Assembly (NCBI GenBank): GCA_016205965.1
Contig: JACQSM010000069.1
Span: forward strand, 1-55,876
Length of the DNA stretch: 55,876 nt
Reading direction: 5' to 3'
Origin: Candidatus Uhrbacteria bacterium
GTDB lineage: Bacteria > Patescibacteriota > Patescibacteriia > SG8-24
Shown here piece by piece: positions 53,550-55,876 of the stretch. Each line of letters begins with the position of its first letter. The stretch's first letter is position 1. A program made the translations under genes and the position numbers. The notes beneath the pieces are model-generated. The model saw nothing but the letters and a program-made list of their open reading frames with translations, was not told the DNA's origin and searched no databases.

Positions 53550-54335
53550 ATGCGCACCAAGCGTTTCGTTTCCGCATTACCGTTACTCACTTCGCTCGTG
53601 TTCATCGGCGCGGGCTGCGGCCAGAAGGCTGCCGTGTCCACGGGAGCGGAGACCGCCACGCCGGCCGCAAGCGGGAAGCCCGTGAGTTCCGACAAATGCG
53701 GCAACCCGTACTATCCGTTCAAGCCCGGATTGGCCATCACCTATGGCACCACGCCGTCGGTCAATGCCGACTATACGATTCGCGTCATCAGCGCGTCGGG
53801 TTCCACTGCCGCGATTCGCGCCGAGATGGCCGGCGGTGTTGCCGTTGAAATGCAGGCCGACTGCGCGAACGGCACGGTCTCGATGAAAGGAACATTGGAC
53901 CTCGGCGCGGCGGCCCAGGGCATGAAGATCAAAACGACCGTCGTCGAATCCAGCGGCACGTTCATGCCGGCAAGCGTCGCGGTCGGATCCGCCTGGAGCA
54001 ATTCTCAGACGGTGAAGGTGGAAGCGGCCGGCGGCCCGGGCGCGATCGCCGGCGTGGGACCGATCACGACCGTCACGACTGAAAAGAGCAAAGTGCTCGG
54101 CGAGGAGTCGGTCACCGTTCCGGCCGGCACATACAGGGCGCTCAAGGTCGAGGTAACGCGAACCACGACCTCCAAGTTTTCCGGCCTGCCGGCGGGCTTG
54201 AAGTTGCCCGAGATGCCGCCATCGACGGCGACGGTCACCGAATGGTGGGTGAAGGGCGTCGGCATGGTGAAATCCGTGACGACGGGCCAAGGCGAGACCT
54301 CGACCGTCGAGGCGAAGTCGGTCACCGGGCTGTAA
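53550..54335 (+). CDS. Hypothetical lipoprotein
   Basis: MRTKRFVSALPLLTSLVFIGAGCGQ has a lipobox (GAGC). The mature part is beta-rich. An extended -10-like TGATAAGAT at 53511-53519 favours this start over 53520. Confidence 0.7.
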   Translation: MRTKRFVSALPLLTSLVFIGAGCGQKAAVSTGAETATPAASGKPVSSDKCGNPYYPFKPGLAITYGTTPSVNADYTIRVISASGSTAAIRAEMAGGVAVEMQADCANGTVSMKGTLDLGAAAQGMKIKTTVVESSGTFMPASVAVGSAWSNSQTVKVEAAGGPGAIAGVGPITTVTTEKSKVLGEESVTVPAGTYRALKVEVTRTTTSKFSGLPAGLKLPEMPPSTATVTEWWVKGVGMVKSVTTGQGETSTVEAKSVTGL

Positions 54336-54440
54336 CGCCAGACGCCATAGGCCTGCATCGGAAACAACGTTTTCTATCACTGCCAAAGTTCGTAAGAAAG
54401 GAAAAACCACTCAAGGAGACGGGTACCGGGCGCTGGTCCG

Positions 54441-54470
54441 AAAAAACACCCCGCGTTTGCGGGGTGGTTA
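54441..54470. terminator. Bidirectional terminator (caccccgc/gcggggtg)
   Basis: An A-run on the left and a T-rich right flank. It lies between the lipoprotein gene (+) and the 92-aa gene (-). Confidence 0.65.
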
Positions 54471-54746
54471 TTGTGGTTTGAGGGTGATCAGCGCCATGTC
54501 GTTCTCGACGGTCATGACGCCGAAAAAATCGATCCAGGCGGTCAGTCCGAGGGGATTCGAGGCTGCGGGATCGGTTCCGGGGATCACGTTGCCGCCCGTC
54601 GCGACGCCGTCGACTCGAAATGAGCGCAAGGCGACCTCGGGTCCTTCTCGCCGCACGAAGCAACGCCAATGGTACGGGTCGCCCTCGGTGCGGATCCGCT
54701 TGACGTTTCCGGCCACTCGTATCCAGACAGGCTGCGACATCGTCAT
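54468..54746 (-). CDS. Hypothetical 92-aa protein
   Basis: AAGGAG lies 7 nt upstream of the ATG on the minus strand, and the gene ends at the terminator. No recognisable motif. Confidence 0.65.
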   Translation of the reverse strand: MTMSQPVWIRVAGNVKRIRTEGDPYHWRCFVRREGPEVALRSFRVDGVATGGNVIPGTDPAASNPLGLTAWIDFFGVMTVENDMALITLKPQ

Positions 54747-54823
54747 TGTTTTCTCCTTAGTTTGGGCAGGTGACCACCTTACTGGCCGCCTGGTCGCGCG
54801 TCAATCGCTGGGCACGACCTGCG

Positions 54824-55333
54824 TCATTTGACCTCGACGATCGTATAAACGATGTCGCGGCCGTTGGCGGCGACGGTGACCGTTTCGCCGGCGCGGCGGT
54901 CGATGAGGGCTTTGCCGAGCGGGGACAGGTGCGAGATCCTGCCGGCCGCCGGGTTGGTTTCTTGCGAGCCGAGTATTTGATAGGTCCGCCGGTTGCCGTT
55001 GATCATCAGCACCACGGTCGAGCCGATGCGGATTTTGCCGGAAGGATCGGCGCCGGTTTCGATGATGATGGCGTTCTTGAGCCGATCCTTGATCGACAAG
55101 ACGCGGCCGTCGATGCGGCCGAGCCGGGCTTTGGCTTCGGTATAGGCGGCGTTCTCGGAAAGATCGCCCATTTCGCGCGCCTTGGTCAGGTCTTCGACCG
55201 CCTTTGGGCGCTGGACGCGCTCCAGGTCTTCGAGGTCGGCCTTAAGACGGCGGACTTTTTCGGCCGTCATATAATGATCCTCTTGGCGGCCGGCCAGACG
55301 ATCCATCTCTGATTTGCGTTTGGGTACCTGCAT
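54824..55333 (-). CDS. greA: Transcription elongation factor GreA
   Basis: Coiled-coil part LKADLEDLERVQRPKAVEDLTKAREMGDLSENAAYTEAKARL, then the C-terminal domain IRIGSTVVL...ISHLSPLGKALIDRRAGE. The start may instead be MTAEKV at 55270. The upstream part of track ORF 54824..55792 is antisense to the ABC-F gene. Confidence 0.88.
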   Translation of the reverse strand: MQVPKRKSEMDRLAGRQEDHYMTAEKVRRLKADLEDLERVQRPKAVEDLTKAREMGDLSENAAYTEAKARLGRIDGRVLSIKDRLKNAIIIETGADPSGKIRIGSTVVLMINGNRRTYQILGSQETNPAAGRISHLSPLGKALIDRRAGETVTVAANGRDIVYTIVEVK

Positions 55334-55405
55334 AAGGATGGGTCCATGGTAGCCGGACTCGCCCCAGTTGCCAAACCCGTCAGAAACGTGTATCCTGTCG
55401 TGGAT

Positions 55406-55876
55406 ATGGCCAACGATGCGGTCGTGCTTCGCTTCAGCGAAGTGACATTCGGCTACGGCGAGACCAAGCCCATCCTCGATGAGGCCTCTTTTTCGGTGCG
55501 CAACGGCTCCAAGGTCGCGCTCATGGGCCAGAACGGCGCCGGCAAGACCTCGCTCTTCAAATTGATCCTGGGCGAGAACAAACCGCAGGCCGGCGGCATC
55601 TTCACCACGCCCAAAGACGCCGTCGTCGGCCACGCCCGCCAGGTCATTCCGACCGATCAATCTGGTCTGACCGTTCGCGAATGGTTCTCCGGCACATTCG
55701 TCGAAGTGCCGTACAACGTCGACCGGCGCATCGCCGAGGTTCTCGACGCCGTCAATCTCAAAACCGATCTCGATAAAAAACTGGTCGCCCATTCGGGCGG
55801 CCAGCAGGCGCGTTTGCTCCTGGCGTACTCGCTGATCCAGGACCCCGACATCCTGCTGCTCGACGAGCCGACCAAC
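55406..55876 (+). CDS. ABC-F-type ATP-binding protein, 5' part (runs off the window); not in the ORF track
   Basis: My own translation begins MANDAVVLRFSEVTFGYGETKPILDEASFSVRNGSKVALMGQNGAGKTSLFKLILGE. It continues to HSGGQQARLLLAYSLIQDPDILLLDEPTN, giving Walker A, signature and Walker B. Confidence 0.8.
   Translation, partial: MANDAVVLRFSEVTFGYGETKPILDEASFSVRNGSKVALMGQNGAGKTSLFKLILGENKPQAGGIFTTPKDAVVGHARQVIPTDQSGLTVREWFSGTFVEVPYNVDRRIAEVLDAVNLKTDLDKKLVAHSGGQQARLLLAYSLIQDPDILLLDEPTN

Noticed and set aside
1-55876. CRISPR arrays, rRNA genes, integrases/transposases and prophage structural genes
   Set aside because: I scanned both strands by eye. I saw no regularly spaced short repeats, no rRNA-like segments and no recombinase, DDE or phage hallmark motifs in any ORF.

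Overview
This is a 55.9 kb stretch of a high-GC bacterial chromosome. Hand-counted sample lines give about 65-68% GC in the core. I read about 56 protein genes, mostly on the + strand, and 3 tRNAs; several CDS starts are trimmed from the ORF track to the most plausible ATG.

Gene content, in order:
- An AT-richer three-gene module: HTH-Fic, a small acidic protein and a SWIM zinc-finger protein (133-2165).
- A GlpM-like membrane protein and a large secreted coiled-coil protein with a CBM-like end.
- A six-gene copper island (4949-12230): a small Cys/His membrane protein, an HMA-DsbD_2-cupredoxin fusion, CopZ, a CPC-type CopA and a CPH-type CopB.
- M1 aminopeptidase, a Pif1-like helicase, two flavoproteins (one Mqo-like) and YceI.
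- ECF sigma and a putative anti-sigma protein followed by MacAB-type efflux genes.
- MarC and a thiol-redox cluster: a Cys-rich mini-ORF, VKOR-thioredoxin and a CcdA-like protein.
- A CaCA exchanger, a BNR propeller, dienelactone hydrolase, ADP-ribosylglycohydrolase and pterin dehydratase.
- On the - strand: Prs, a PRTase, IscU and a CDP-alcohol phosphatidyltransferase.
- A TPR protein, PBP1A, an S1 protease, a MurE-like ligase, FtsB, a parvulin, tRNA-Thr and tRNA-Gly, FtsEX and tRNA-Gln.
- A membrane-anchored NirK.
- An AT-rich island with a binding protein, a histidine kinase and a stand-alone receiver.
- A lipoprotein, GreA and a truncated ABC-F ATPase.

The most unusual signal is a 76-nt two-hairpin element that starts inside the 3' end of tRNA-Gln. 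It recurs as a 75/76-identical direct repeat on the other side of nirK. A third, diverged but structure-preserving copy sits at 2258-2338, at the edge of the Fic/SWIM island.

No integrase, transposase, CRISPR array or rRNA was seen. Many long antisense ORFs in the track are high-GC shadow frames and were rejected. All functional calls rest on motifs read by eye. No database search was possible.
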